DNA of 64,000 nt from an uncultured Holophagales bacterium (GTDB lineage Bacteria; Acidobacteriota; Thermoanaerobaculia; Multivoradales; UBA5704): NCBI GenBank assembly GCA_963842525.1, contig CAWJGT010000004.1, positions 128,001 to 192,000 on the forward strand. Reading direction: 5' to 3'. The notes beneath the pieces are model-generated. The model worked only from the letters and a program-made list of their open reading frames with translations, was not told the origin of the DNA and did no database searches. Of this stretch, positions 9,831-18,349 are shown one piece after another. The translations under genes and the position numbers were made by a program. Every line of letters begins with the position of its first letter. The first letter of the stretch is position 1.

Positions 9831-12605
9831 TCAGGCCCCGGCGACCTGCCGGATGGCGTCGCGGAGGATCTGCAGGTTCACCGGCTTGGTCAGGTGGCGG
9901 TCGAACCCCGCTTCGCGGCTGCGCTTGACGTCCTCGTCCATGCCATAGCCGGAGAGGGCGATCCCGCGCAGGCTGAAGCGGCTCTTGAGCTGGGCCATCA
10001 GCTCCAGCCCGCTGACGTCCGGCAGGCCGACGTCGCTGATCACCAGGTCGATCTCTTCCCGCGCGGGCGGCCGCTGGGCCTTCTCGGCGGCGGTCATGGC
10101 CTCGGCGGCGTTGTTGGCCACCGTGACCCGGTGGCCGACGGCAGAGAGCAGCTCCGCCATGGCCTCGGCGGTATCGGGGTGATCTTCGACCAGGAGGATG
10201 TGCAGGGGGCGCTCCGCGCCGTGCGGCAGGGCGGTGCCGGGCTCCGGCCTTGGCAGGACGGTCGAAGTCTGCAGGCGGGCCGCGCCCACGGGCAGCCGGA
10301 CTGTAAAGGTCGTCCCCTGGCCCGGCCCTTGGCTGGCCGCCGCGATGCGTCCGCCGTGCAGCTCGACGATGGCCTTGCTGATCGCCAGGCCCAGGCCCAG
10401 GCCGCCGAACTGCCGGGTGATCTTGCGTTGCCCCTGCTCGAAGGCGTCGAAGACGCGCGGCAGGCGCTCCGGATCGATCCCGATCCCGCGGTCGGAGACC
10501 TCGACGACGAGCTGGCCGCTGTCCTCGTCCCGGCGGGCCCGGATGCTGATCGGGCCGCCGTCGGGCGAGAACTTGAGGGCGTTCTTGAGCAGGTTCCAGA
10601 AGACCTGGGTCAGGCGCGGCGCGTCGGCCCACAGGCGAAGGTCCTGCGCCGGGACCGCGAGCTGGAAGCGCGGCCGGTCGGGAGAGCCAGGAGGGCAGCA
10701 GGCGTCCATCGCATGCTCCAGGATCTGCCGCAGGTCGGCGACCTCGGGCTTGAGCTCCAGCTTGCCGCTGGCGATGCGCGTGAGGTCGAGCAGATCGTCG
10801 ATCAGGCGTGCCTCGAGCTCCACGTTGCGCCGGATCGTGGCCAGCCGCTCCCGGAGGCTCGCGGGCAGCTCCTCCAGCTCGAGGCCGTAGATCACGGCGA
10901 GCACCGGGGCGAGCGGCGTGCGCAGCTCATGGCTGAGCGTGGCCATGAAGCGGTCCTTCGCCTGGTTGGCAGTCTCCGCCTCGGCCCGTGCCCGCCGTTC
11001 CGCCTCGTACAGCCGCGCATTCTCGATGGCCACCGCCGCCTGCGCGGCGATGCCGCCCAGAGTGCGCTCGGCCCGCGCCGAAAAGGCCCCCGCCTCCGGA
11101 TGGCCGAAAAAGAACCCGCCGAGCAGCTCGCCGGAGCGGGAGACGACCGGCGTGGAGAGGTAGCTCCGGATCGGCCACCTGGACAACTGTCCTTCGGGGA
11201 GCGGCGAGAGACGCCCGAACAGCGAGTCGTCCAGCACGTCGTCGATGCGGCGCACCCCCTCGCCGCGGAACATCGGCCTCGGCATCGCGGGGTCGCTCGG
11301 GCGCAGGAGCTCGTCGATCCCCTCGGGGGGCGCGCCGGACAGGGCGTGCTCGCGGAAGACGTCGCCGCGCTCGTCGACCAGGTGGTAGAAGAACGCCCCG
11401 AACCGCGCGCCCGTGATGCGCGTCGCCGCATCGACGATGGTCTGCGCCAGGCTGCGCAGGTCGAGCTCCGCGGCCATGGCGAGGCCGATCGAGTGCAGCG
11501 TTTCGCTGATCTCGGCCTCCTCGCGCAGCCGCCGGTCGGTCTCCTCGCGGGCGGTAATGTCGTGGAGCAGAGCCTCTTCGGACCGCCGCAGGTCGGCCGC
11601 CGCCTGCTCGGCCCGGGCGACGGCGCGCACCTGGGTGCTCGTCAGCGCGAACAGGATCGTGCTGGTGATCAGGCCGAGCACCAGCACGAGCCAGGCCTGG
11701 CTCTGCCCGGAGCCGGCGGCGAAGCTGGGGAGCGTGGAGTAGGAGATGGTCCAGGGCGTGCCCGCGAGATTCAGCTTCCGGACGACGTTGAAGCGCGGCC
11801 GGTAGTTGGGATCGATCTCCTGCGACTGGAAGAGGCGGTCCGCGGTCCTTGGCTCGGGCGCGGCGAAGACCTGGAAGGCGATGTTCGGCCGCGTCTTGGG
11901 GGCCAGGATGTCCTGCAGGAGCTCGCCGCCGCGGAACGGGCTGAAGACGAATCCCTGCAGGGCAGCCCTGCGCTCCTCGACCGTCGCCAGAGGCAGGCCG
12001 CGGCGGTAGACCGGGACGTAGACGAGGAACGCCGCCTGCTTCACGGGCCCGGCGTCCTGCATCAGGGTGAGCTTGCCGGTGGCAGATGCCTGGCCCGTGT
12101 CGCGTGCGCGTTCCATGGCCGCCCGCCGGATCGGCTCGGTAGCCATGTCGAAGCCGAGGCCCGCAGGGTCGCGGAGCGGCTCGAAGTAGGTGACCGAGTT
12201 GACTTCGAGCCGCGGGGGGTCGGGCCAGATTCGGAAACCGGGGAAGACCTGGCGCAGGGCGGCCTCCACGCCGGCGCGCTCCGCCGGAGCGATCCGGCGG
12301 GAGAAGCCGATCCCACGAACGCCCGGATAGCGCTCGGTCAGCTCGAGCTTGTCGACGAACCGCCGGAACTCGCCGGCGGCGACCTGGTCGTCGGCCGCGA
12401 AGAGGCCGCTGCCCGCCCGCAGCAGCGCCAGGTAGGTGTCCATGCGGTGCTCGATGAGCGCCTGGACCCTCTGGACGGTGTTCTGGAAACGCAGCCGGTC
12501 CTTGAGGCTCGCCGTCGCGACGAGGTAGTAGGTGGCGAGGCAGGTCAGCAGGAGCGAAAGGGCCAGCACCCAATACGGGACCCATGACCGGACAGACGAC
12601 CGCAT
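9831..12605 (-). CDS. Hybrid sensor histidine kinase CHASE-GAF-HisKA-HATPase-REC
   Basis: Two TMs around a CHASE region, SHELRTPL, NLLKNALKF, GLGLGL, LLVEDH...D receiver. Confidence 0.93.
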   Translation of the reverse strand: MRSSVRSWVPYWVLALSLLLTCLATYYLVATASLKDRLRFQNTVQRVQALIEHRMDTYLALLRAGSGLFAADDQVAAGEFRRFVDKLELTERYPGVRGIGFSRRIAPAERAGVEAALRQVFPGFRIWPDPPRLEVNSVTYFEPLRDPAGLGFDMATEPIRRAAMERARDTGQASATGKLTLMQDAGPVKQAAFLVYVPVYRRGLPLATVEERRAALQGFVFSPFRGGELLQDILAPKTRPNIAFQVFAAPEPRTADRLFQSQEIDPNYRPRFNVVRKLNLAGTPWTISYSTLPSFAAGSGQSQAWLVLVLGLITSTILFALTSTQVRAVARAEQAAADLRRSEEALLHDITAREETDRRLREEAEISETLHSIGLAMAAELDLRSLAQTIVDAATRITGARFGAFFYHLVDERGDVFREHALSGAPPEGIDELLRPSDPAMPRPMFRGEGVRRIDDVLDDSLFGRLSPLPEGQLSRWPIRSYLSTPVVSRSGELLGGFFFGHPEAGAFSARAERTLGGIAAQAAVAIENARLYEAERRARAEAETANQAKDRFMATLSHELRTPLAPVLAVIYGLELEELPASLRERLATIRRNVELEARLIDDLLDLTRIASGKLELKPEVADLRQILEHAMDACCPPGSPDRPRFQLAVPAQDLRLWADAPRLTQVFWNLLKNALKFSPDGGPISIRARRDEDSGQLVVEVSDRGIGIDPERLPRVFDAFEQGQRKITRQFGGLGLGLAISKAIVELHGGRIAAASQGPGQGTTFTVRLPVGAARLQTSTVLPRPEPGTALPHGAERPLHILLVEDHPDTAEAMAELLSAVGHRVTVANNAAEAMTAAEKAQRPPAREEIDLVISDVGLPDVSGLELMAQLKSRFSLRGIALSGYGMDEDVKRSREAGFDRHLTKPVNLQILRDAIRQVAGA

Positions 12606-12621
12606 CGCTTCATCCTACCAG

Positions 12622-13209
12622 CTACCGCCGATAGTCCTCCGGAGTGTCCACGTCGCTCACCGCGCCCGGGTCGTCGACCGCGACCTCCAGCACCTCGCCG
12701 GCGTGCCGGTCGAGGAGCTCGCGCAGGCCCACCCCGGGGTCGAGGGTTTCAATCTCGGGGATCAGCGCCGCCGCAATGGCGAGAGGGTGGCCGCGTTTCC
12801 CCTGGTGGACCGGCACGGCGAGAGGAGCGCCCGCGGCGGCCTGGCGCCGCAACAGCTCGGTCACCGTCTCCGGCCGCAGCTCCGGCAGGTCGGCAGGGGA
12901 GACGAGGAGCGGCTCGCCCGTCCGAGCCAGCTCGTCCGCACCTCCCAGGGCCGCGAGACCGGCCTGGATCGTCGACAGCATGCCGCGCTCGGGCATTGGA
13001 TTGACCCCTACCACCAGACCCTCGGCCCGCGCCCAGGCCTGCAGCGCCTCGTCCCCGGGCGCCGCCACCAAGACGATGGGAGATACCCCGGCCGCGCGGA
13101 GAGCCGCCACGAGAGAGCCCACGATCGTGCTCGCCCCCCAGGGCAGGAGCAGCTTGGGGCGGCCCATCCGGCGGGAGGCGCCGGCGGCGGGGAGGAGGGC
13201 TGCGGGCAT
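12622..13209 (-). CDS. MocA/MobA-like nucleotidyltransferase
   Basis: LPAAGASRRMGRPKLLL, PADLP, GHP and DVDTPEDY motifs. Confidence 0.88.
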   Translation of the reverse strand: MPAALLPAAGASRRMGRPKLLLPWGASTIVGSLVAALRAAGVSPIVLVAAPGDEALQAWARAEGLVVGVNPMPERGMLSTIQAGLAALGGADELARTGEPLLVSPADLPELRPETVTELLRRQAAAGAPLAVPVHQGKRGHPLAIAAALIPEIETLDPGVGLRELLDRHAGEVLEVAVDDPGAVSDVDTPEDYRR

Positions 13210-13240
13210 CCTTATAAGATAAGGCCGATGATCGCCGGAG
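13160..13240 (+). repeat. Left copy of a diverged ~70-80 bp direct repeat bounding the 13.2-15.9 kb insert
   Basis: CGGCCCATCCG..GGGAGG...GCGGGCAT.C.TATAAGATAAGGCCGATGATCGCCGGAG recurs at 15944-16013. Confidence 0.85.
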
Positions 13241-13320
13241 CCATCACCGGGCCGGCGAGGTGCCAGCCGATCATCGGGGATGATCGGGGATCATCGGGGC
13301 GTCCTGGCGATGATCCCGGC

Positions 13321-13541
13321 CAGTTCCCTCGCTATGGCGCCTTGCCCCGTGCCGAGGGGGCTGGCTTCCCTCGCCAGGGGATTGTGCCCTGTGCCGACGG
13401 GTGCAGCTCCCCCCGCCAGGGGGCCCAGCCCCGTTCTGAGGGGAGCAGCTCCCCTCGCCAGGGAGCCTTGCCCTGCGCCGAGGGGGCCAGCTCCCCTCGT
13501 CATGGGGTGTTGCCCTGCGCCAAGGGGGTCGGTTCCCCTCG
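13321..13541. repeat. Degenerate tandem array with a 42-bp period (two 21-bp subunits), about 5 units
   Basis: Units like AGCTCCCCTCGCCAGGGAGCC-TTGCCCTGCGCCGAGGGGGCC; each half has a CCC(T)...GGG(G) mini-palindrome. Confidence 0.85.
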
Positions 13542-13888
13542 GCGGCCCGGGTGGCCTCGGTGGCATGGCCCTGGCCCCACCAGCGCCGCGCGAGAATCCC
13601 GGCCAGCTCGAATCCCGGCCAGCCTTCCGGCTCGGAGAAGCCGACCATGCCAAGGAAGGCGCCGGTCTCTTTCTGCTCCAACGCCCACATGCCGGGCCTG
13701 CCGAGCTGCCAGTGGCCCAGGAGGAATGCCAGGTGCCTCCAGGAGCGGCCACGGTCCCAGGGCCCGCCCAGGTAGCGCATCACCTCGGGGTCCCCGTTCA
13801 TGGCGGCGTAGTCTTCGAAGTCGCTTTCCTGGATGGGCCGCAGCCAGAGGCGTTCTGTTGCCAGGGTCGGGATCACAAGACTGTCCAT
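13541..13888 (-). pseudogene. RimJ/RimL-type GNAT acetyltransferase truncated by the tandem array
   Basis: LATERLWLRP...DPEVMRY...WWGQGHATEA, then homology stops at the repeat; the expected C-terminal N.AS motif is missing. Confidence 0.8.
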
Positions 13889-13909
13889 GGATGCTCCTCC
13901 TTTCTTGCG

Positions 13910-14066
13910 TTGTCCCGACTCTGGCAAAGGACAGACGGCCCTGGGGGTGACGTTTTCAGGTCATCTGGTCAGTGGCTGATCGGGCGCTTGTCCCGGCTCT
14001 GGCAAAGGGGCAGACTGCCCCGGGGGTGCTCTGTTTCTGACATCTGGTCAATGGCTGACCAGACGC
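13910..14066. promoter_or_regulatory. Tandemly duplicated ~78-bp upstream block; perfect palindrome TCTGGTCA-N5-TGACCAGA at 14043-14063
   Basis: TTGTCCCG.CTCTGGCAAAGG...CATCTGGTCA.TGGCTGA at 13910 and 13988. Confidence 0.65.
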
Positions 14067-14094
14067 CTCTCCGCCCCCGGAAAGGATCTGTCCC

Positions 14095-14280
14095 ATGATG
14101 CGTGTCGTGCTTCTGGCGCTCGCGCTGGCGTTGGGTGGAGGAGCGTTTCATTTCGGTAGCTTCCTGGACCTGGTGTCCGCCTTCTGGGCCGCTGATCAGG
14201 TGGATGCGGGCAACCATGTCGACCCCAACGGCGCAACAGCCACGGGCGACGCGGGTAACATTCTTGACCCGGACGGCTGA
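14095..14280 (+). CDS. Small secreted peptide with two DAGN-x-x-DP[ND]G repeats
   Basis: AAAGGA RBS, hydrophobic leader, DAGNHVDPNG and C-terminal DAGNILDPDG. Confidence 0.75.
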   Translation: MMRVVLLALALALGGGAFHFGSFLDLVSAFWAADQVDAGNHVDPNGATATGDAGNILDPDG

Positions 14281-14380
14281 CGGCTCGCAGTACCGGGGTT
14301 CGAGCACTCTCTTCTCTTAGGGGGCCACTTTCGCCCCCTCTTTCCGATAAGCTGCAAAGACAGACTTGACGGAGGGCGGG

Positions 14381-15939
14381 ATGAGCCGGCATTTCAGCCG
14401 TGAAGCTCTGTTGCAGCTCCTCAGCGGGCAGGCCGGCGAGGTAGAGACGGCGCGCGCCATCCGCCACATGGTGCAGTGCCGCCGCTGCCGCGTGGTCGCG
14501 GCCGGGTGCCTGGCTCAAGAGAAGTTGGGCGCGAGGCCGCCAGTCGGCCCCACGGATACTCGCAACGCGTTCGTGACACTCCTTGAGGCGGAGGCAAGCG
14601 GCGGGTCGAAAACCTGAAGGCTCGAGGCTGGTGGGCCGAGATCCGCGATCTCAGCCCGGCAGAGCAGGCCACGAAGATCCGCTCCACCACGGCCCTGCAG
14701 AGCCTGGCAGTGTTCGAAACGATCCTGGCCGACGCGAAAGCTGCCGGGCGCTCGGACCCTTTCGCCGGAGAGAGTATGGTGCGCGCCGCCTGGATGGTGG
14801 CGGATCTCCTCCCTGAGTCCCGGTATCCACGGACGCTGAAAAACGACCTGCGTGGGCAGGCCTTGACGGTTGTCGCGAATTGTCGGCGGCTCGCTGCGAA
14901 TTTTCCGGGCTCGAAAGCGGCGATCGAGGAGGCGCGGCGGTCGCTTGCCCAGGGGACGGGAGATCCGGGATTGGAAGGAGGACTCCTCTCCATCCACTGC
15001 TCGTTGTGTACCGATCTCGGCGATTTCGAGAAGGCACTGGCCCATGTCCTTCGAGCCGTGGCGATTTTCCGAGAGCTGGAGGACTGGCAAGAGGTCGCGC
15101 ACAACATGGTCAAGGAGGCCGGCTGCCTGTTTGCTGCCGCCCGGCCGGCGGAAGCGCTCGAAACAGCCCAATTCGCCCTCGAGCGCATGCCTCCGCAGGA
15201 GCTCCGGCTCCGTGTCTTGGCGAAACTGATCCTTGTGGAGAGCCTGGTCGTTCTGGAGCGCCCCCTGGAGGCTCTTCCCTATTTCAGCGAAGCCAAAGCA
15301 CTTTGCGAGCAGGCCGATCCAAGGACGCGCTTGCTAGCTGATCCGATTGAGGCGCAGCTTCTGGACAGTCTCGGCTGCGCGCGAGAGTCCGAAAAGCTCT
15401 TCCGTCGTGCGATCAAAGCCTTCTTCGATCACGAGTTCTACAAGCAAGCCTTCCTCACTCTGCTGACCCTCTTCGAATGCCTGGTCCGGAGAGGTGCGCT
15501 CGGCAAGGCCGCGGCCCTCTGCGAGGAGGCGATCGCCGCGACATCCCAGGCCGGAGAAGCCTGCAACGAGCAGATCCGCCGCGCCTGGGAGGAGCTTCTG
15601 GCCGCCGTGCGCGTTCGCCAGCTCAGCGAGAGCGAGCTGATCCAGGCCCGCCAGTATCTCGTGCGCAACTGGAGCGTGGCGGGCGGTGTGTTCGTCCTTC
15701 CGTCGTTAGAGACCATCCTCTCCATCCCCAGCTCACCACCCGAGCTGCCGGCGCCGCCGCCCCTGCCTGCGGCCGATGAGGCGGCTCCCAACAGCTTTCA
15801 GGCAGCGCGCGAAGAATACGACCGGCGGCTCGTTGCAGCGGCCCTGGAGCGGTCCGGCGGCAACCTCAGCGAGGCCAGCCGCCTTCTCCGTATCTCCCGC
15901 AATACGCTCAAGGCGAGAATGCGCCTGTACGGGCTGTGA
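14381..15939 (+). CDS. zf-HC2-like motif + TPR-like helical repeats + C-terminal Fis-type HTH regulator (frameshift near 14597)
   Basis: GGAGG RBS; RHMVQCRRC; frame continues into ORF 14710-15939; ALERSGGNLSEASRLLRISRNTLKARM HTH; no AAA+ domain. Confidence 0.78.
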
Positions 15940-15943
15940 GCCC

Positions 15944-16013
15944 CGGCCCATCCGCCGGGAGGTGGGAGAGAGCGGCGGGCATGCCTATAAGATAAGGCCG
16001 ATGATCGCCGGAG
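15944..16013 (+). repeat. Right copy of the direct repeat (remnant of the MocA 5' end plus the oxygenase start)
   Basis: Aligns to 13160-13240 with a short internal deletion. Confidence 0.85.
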
Positions 16014-16624
16014 AGCGCATCGCGGGCACCTGCGAGCGGATTGCCGCAGAGCTGGAGGAGACGGGCTGGTCCGTCTGCCCGGGCTTTCTCCCGGACGCGG
16101 ACGTCCGCCGGCTGCGCGAAGAGGCCGAGGAGCTCTGGCGGGACGGCGCCTTCCGCCGCGCCGGCATCGGGACCGGGCCGGAGGCGCAGGTCCGCTCGGA
16201 GATCCGGAGCGACCGCATCCTCTGGCTGGAGGAGCCGTACACCCCGGCCCAGCAGCGCTACCTCGACGAGCTCGAGCGGCTGCGCCTCGCCATCAACCGC
16301 CAGCTCTACCTCGGGCTCTTCTCCTTTGAAGGCCATCTCGCAGTCTATCCGCCCGGCTCCTCCTACGGGAAGCACCTCGACCAGTTCCGCGCGGCGAAGC
16401 ACCGCGTGGTCTCCTGCATCCTCTACCTGAATGAAGACTGGAGCCCTGAGGACGGCGGCCAGCTCCTTCTCTACGACGGACCGGAGGGGGGGGCGGCCTG
16501 GCGCGACGTGCTGCCCGCGGGCGGCACTCTGGCTACCTTCCTCAGCGGCACCGTCTACCACGAAGTACTGCCGGCCCGACGCGAGCGGATCAGCCTGACC
16601 GGGTGGTTCCGGGTGCGGGCATGA
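16001..16624 (+). CDS. 2OG-Fe(II) oxygenase (prolyl-hydroxylase/SM-20-like)
   Basis: RSDRILW, YGKHLD, YLNEDW...GGQL, HEV and RISLTGWF motifs. Confidence 0.9.
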   Translation: MIAGERIAGTCERIAAELEETGWSVCPGFLPDADVRRLREEAEELWRDGAFRRAGIGTGPEAQVRSEIRSDRILWLEEPYTPAQQRYLDELERLRLAINRQLYLGLFSFEGHLAVYPPGSSYGKHLDQFRAAKHRVVSCILYLNEDWSPEDGGQLLLYDGPEGGAAWRDVLPAGGTLATFLSGTVYHEVLPARRERISLTGWFRVRA

Positions 16625-17785
16625 AGGCCCGTCTCGGCCGCAACGTCCTGGCTCTCGCCGTGGTGAGCCTGCTCACCGACGTGGCGACCGAGATGACCTA
16701 TCCGCTCCTGCCGCTCTTCCTCTCGACCGTCCTCGGAGCGGGCGCCATGGCCGTGGGAGCGATCGAGGGGGCTGCGGAGTCGACCGCGGCGCTCCTCCGG
16801 CTGGGGAGCGGCTGGCTGTCGGACCGCGTGCCGCGGCGCAAGCCCCTGGTCCTGGCCGGCTACGGGATCGCCTCCCTCGTCCGGCCGCTGATCGGCCTCG
16901 CGCAGTCCGCCTCCCAGGTGCTGGCGATCCGCGTGATGGACCGGGTGGGGAAGGGGATCCGGGGAGCGCCGCGGGACGCCCTGATCGCCGACTCGGTCGA
17001 TCCCGCGATCCGCGGCCGGGCGTTCGGCTTCCACCGCGCGGCGGACCATGCCGGAGCCGTGATCGGCCCGCTCCTCGCCTTCGCGCTCCTCACCTGGGCA
17101 GGCGTGTCGTCTGCGCACGCTCTTCCTCCTCACCGCAATTCCGGGCGCGCTGGCCGTGGCCGCGCTCATCTTCGGCGTGCGCGAGGTGCCGCGGGCGACC
17201 CCGGACACCGCGAAGAAGCTGGACCTGGGAAAGCCGCTGAGCAAACGCTTCTGGGCCTTCCTCGCCGTCCTCTTCGTCTTCACGCTGGGCAACTCGACCG
17301 ACGCCTTCCTCCTCCTGCGTGCTGCGGACCTGGGAGTGCCGCAGGCCCTGATCCCGATCCTCTGGGCGGCTCTGCACGTGGTCAAGTCGGCCTCCAGCAC
17401 CCCGGGCGGAGCACTCTCCGACCGCATCGGCCGCAAGCCGCTCCTGGTCGCCGGCTGGCTCCTCTACGCAGCGGTCTACTTCGGCCTCGCAAGGGCGCAG
17501 GCGGAGTGGCACGCCTGGGCCCTCTTCGCCGTCTACGGAATCTACTTCGGCCTGACCGAAGGAGTGGAGAAGGCCCTGGTCGCCGACCTGGTCCCGGCGG
17601 ACCGCCGCGGCACGGCCTTCGGCTGGTACAACCTCGCACTGGGCCTCGGAGCCCTGCCGGCCTCTCTGCTCTTCGGAGCCATCTGGGACCGGGCGGGGGC
17701 GCCGGCCGCCTTCGGCTTCGGGGCCGCGATGGCGCTTGTGGCTGCGATTGGGATCGCTGTCGTGGCGCCGCGTGCACGGGATTGA
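16621..17785 (+). CDS. MFS transporter (frameshift near 17105)
   Basis: GWLSDRVPRRK, DRVGKGIRGAPRDAL and GALSDRIGRK across two ORFs. Confidence 0.88.
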
Positions 17786-17814
17786 GCGCGCGGGAAATGG
17801 CCCGTGCGATCGAG

Positions 17815-17857
17815 TTGACACGAATCTCAAAGTATGAGTAGAGTGTTAGATACTCTA
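17815..17857 (+). promoter_or_regulatory. Sigma70 promoter TTGACA-N18-TAGAGT with an overlapping palindrome TAGAGT-N7-ACTCTA
   Basis: Perfect -35 at 17815-17820, AT-rich patch, inverted repeat 17839-17857. Confidence 0.6.
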
Positions 17858-17874
17858 AATGGGAGGCCGTGTCT

Positions 17875-18252
17875 ATGGCAAGACGGACGCGCTGGATTGG
17901 ACAGGCAGTCTTGGTCGCACTGGTTCTGGCAGCCACCGAAGGTGCCGCGTGGGCGTGGTGCGGCACTTGTCAAGTGTGCAGAGAGAAGACGATCATTACG
18001 ATTCCCGCTGACTTCTGCGGGGTAGCGAATGACGAGAATGGGTCGATGTGCTGCAGCGAGTTCGATTCCGGCATTGGGACGTACTGCTATGAGTCTGGTT
18101 CCGCGTGCTACGGCATCATTGTCGATGACGGCGGCGGAACCGGTGGCGGTGGTGGTGGTGGTGGCGGTAGCTGCACGTATCAGAACGGCTGGTGTCCTGC
18201 CGAATGCATGAACTGCAGCGGCGGCGGCGTCGGATGGCCGCCGCGGATCTAG
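17875..18252 (+). CDS. Secreted 12-Cys mini-protein with a poly-Gly linker
   Basis: GGAGG RBS, signal peptide ending AWA, CxxCxxC...CC..., G-run, C-x6-CPAECMNC. Confidence 0.78.
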   Translation: MARRTRWIGQAVLVALVLAATEGAAWAWCGTCQVCREKTIITIPADFCGVANDENGSMCCSEFDSGIGTYCYESGSACYGIIVDDGGGTGGGGGGGGGSCTYQNGWCPAECMNCSGGGVGWPPRI

Positions 18253-18284
18253 CCGGACTCGGGAGCCGCCTATCCTAGCCACCA

Positions 18285-18314
18285 GCCGGCGAGGCGACCG
18301 AATCGCTCGCCGGC
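18285..18314 (+). terminator. Hairpin between the Cys-rich gene and the large secreted gene
   Basis: GCCGGCGAG.CGA...TCGCTCGCCGGC stem followed by CTTAAT. Confidence 0.45.
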
Positions 18315-18349
18315 CTTAATGTCGTTAGCTATAGGAGACAGGTGCATCC

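Noticed and set aside
9894-12587. Long antisense or alternative-frame ORFs (also 51309-53357, 38533-40827, 41006-42913 and others)
   Set aside because: These are shadow ORFs expected in high-GC DNA overlapping well-supported genes
12532-13950. 472-aa plus-strand ORF with 14-aa repeats
   Set aside because: It lies antisense to the MocA and GNAT genes; the repeats only reflect the 42-bp DNA array
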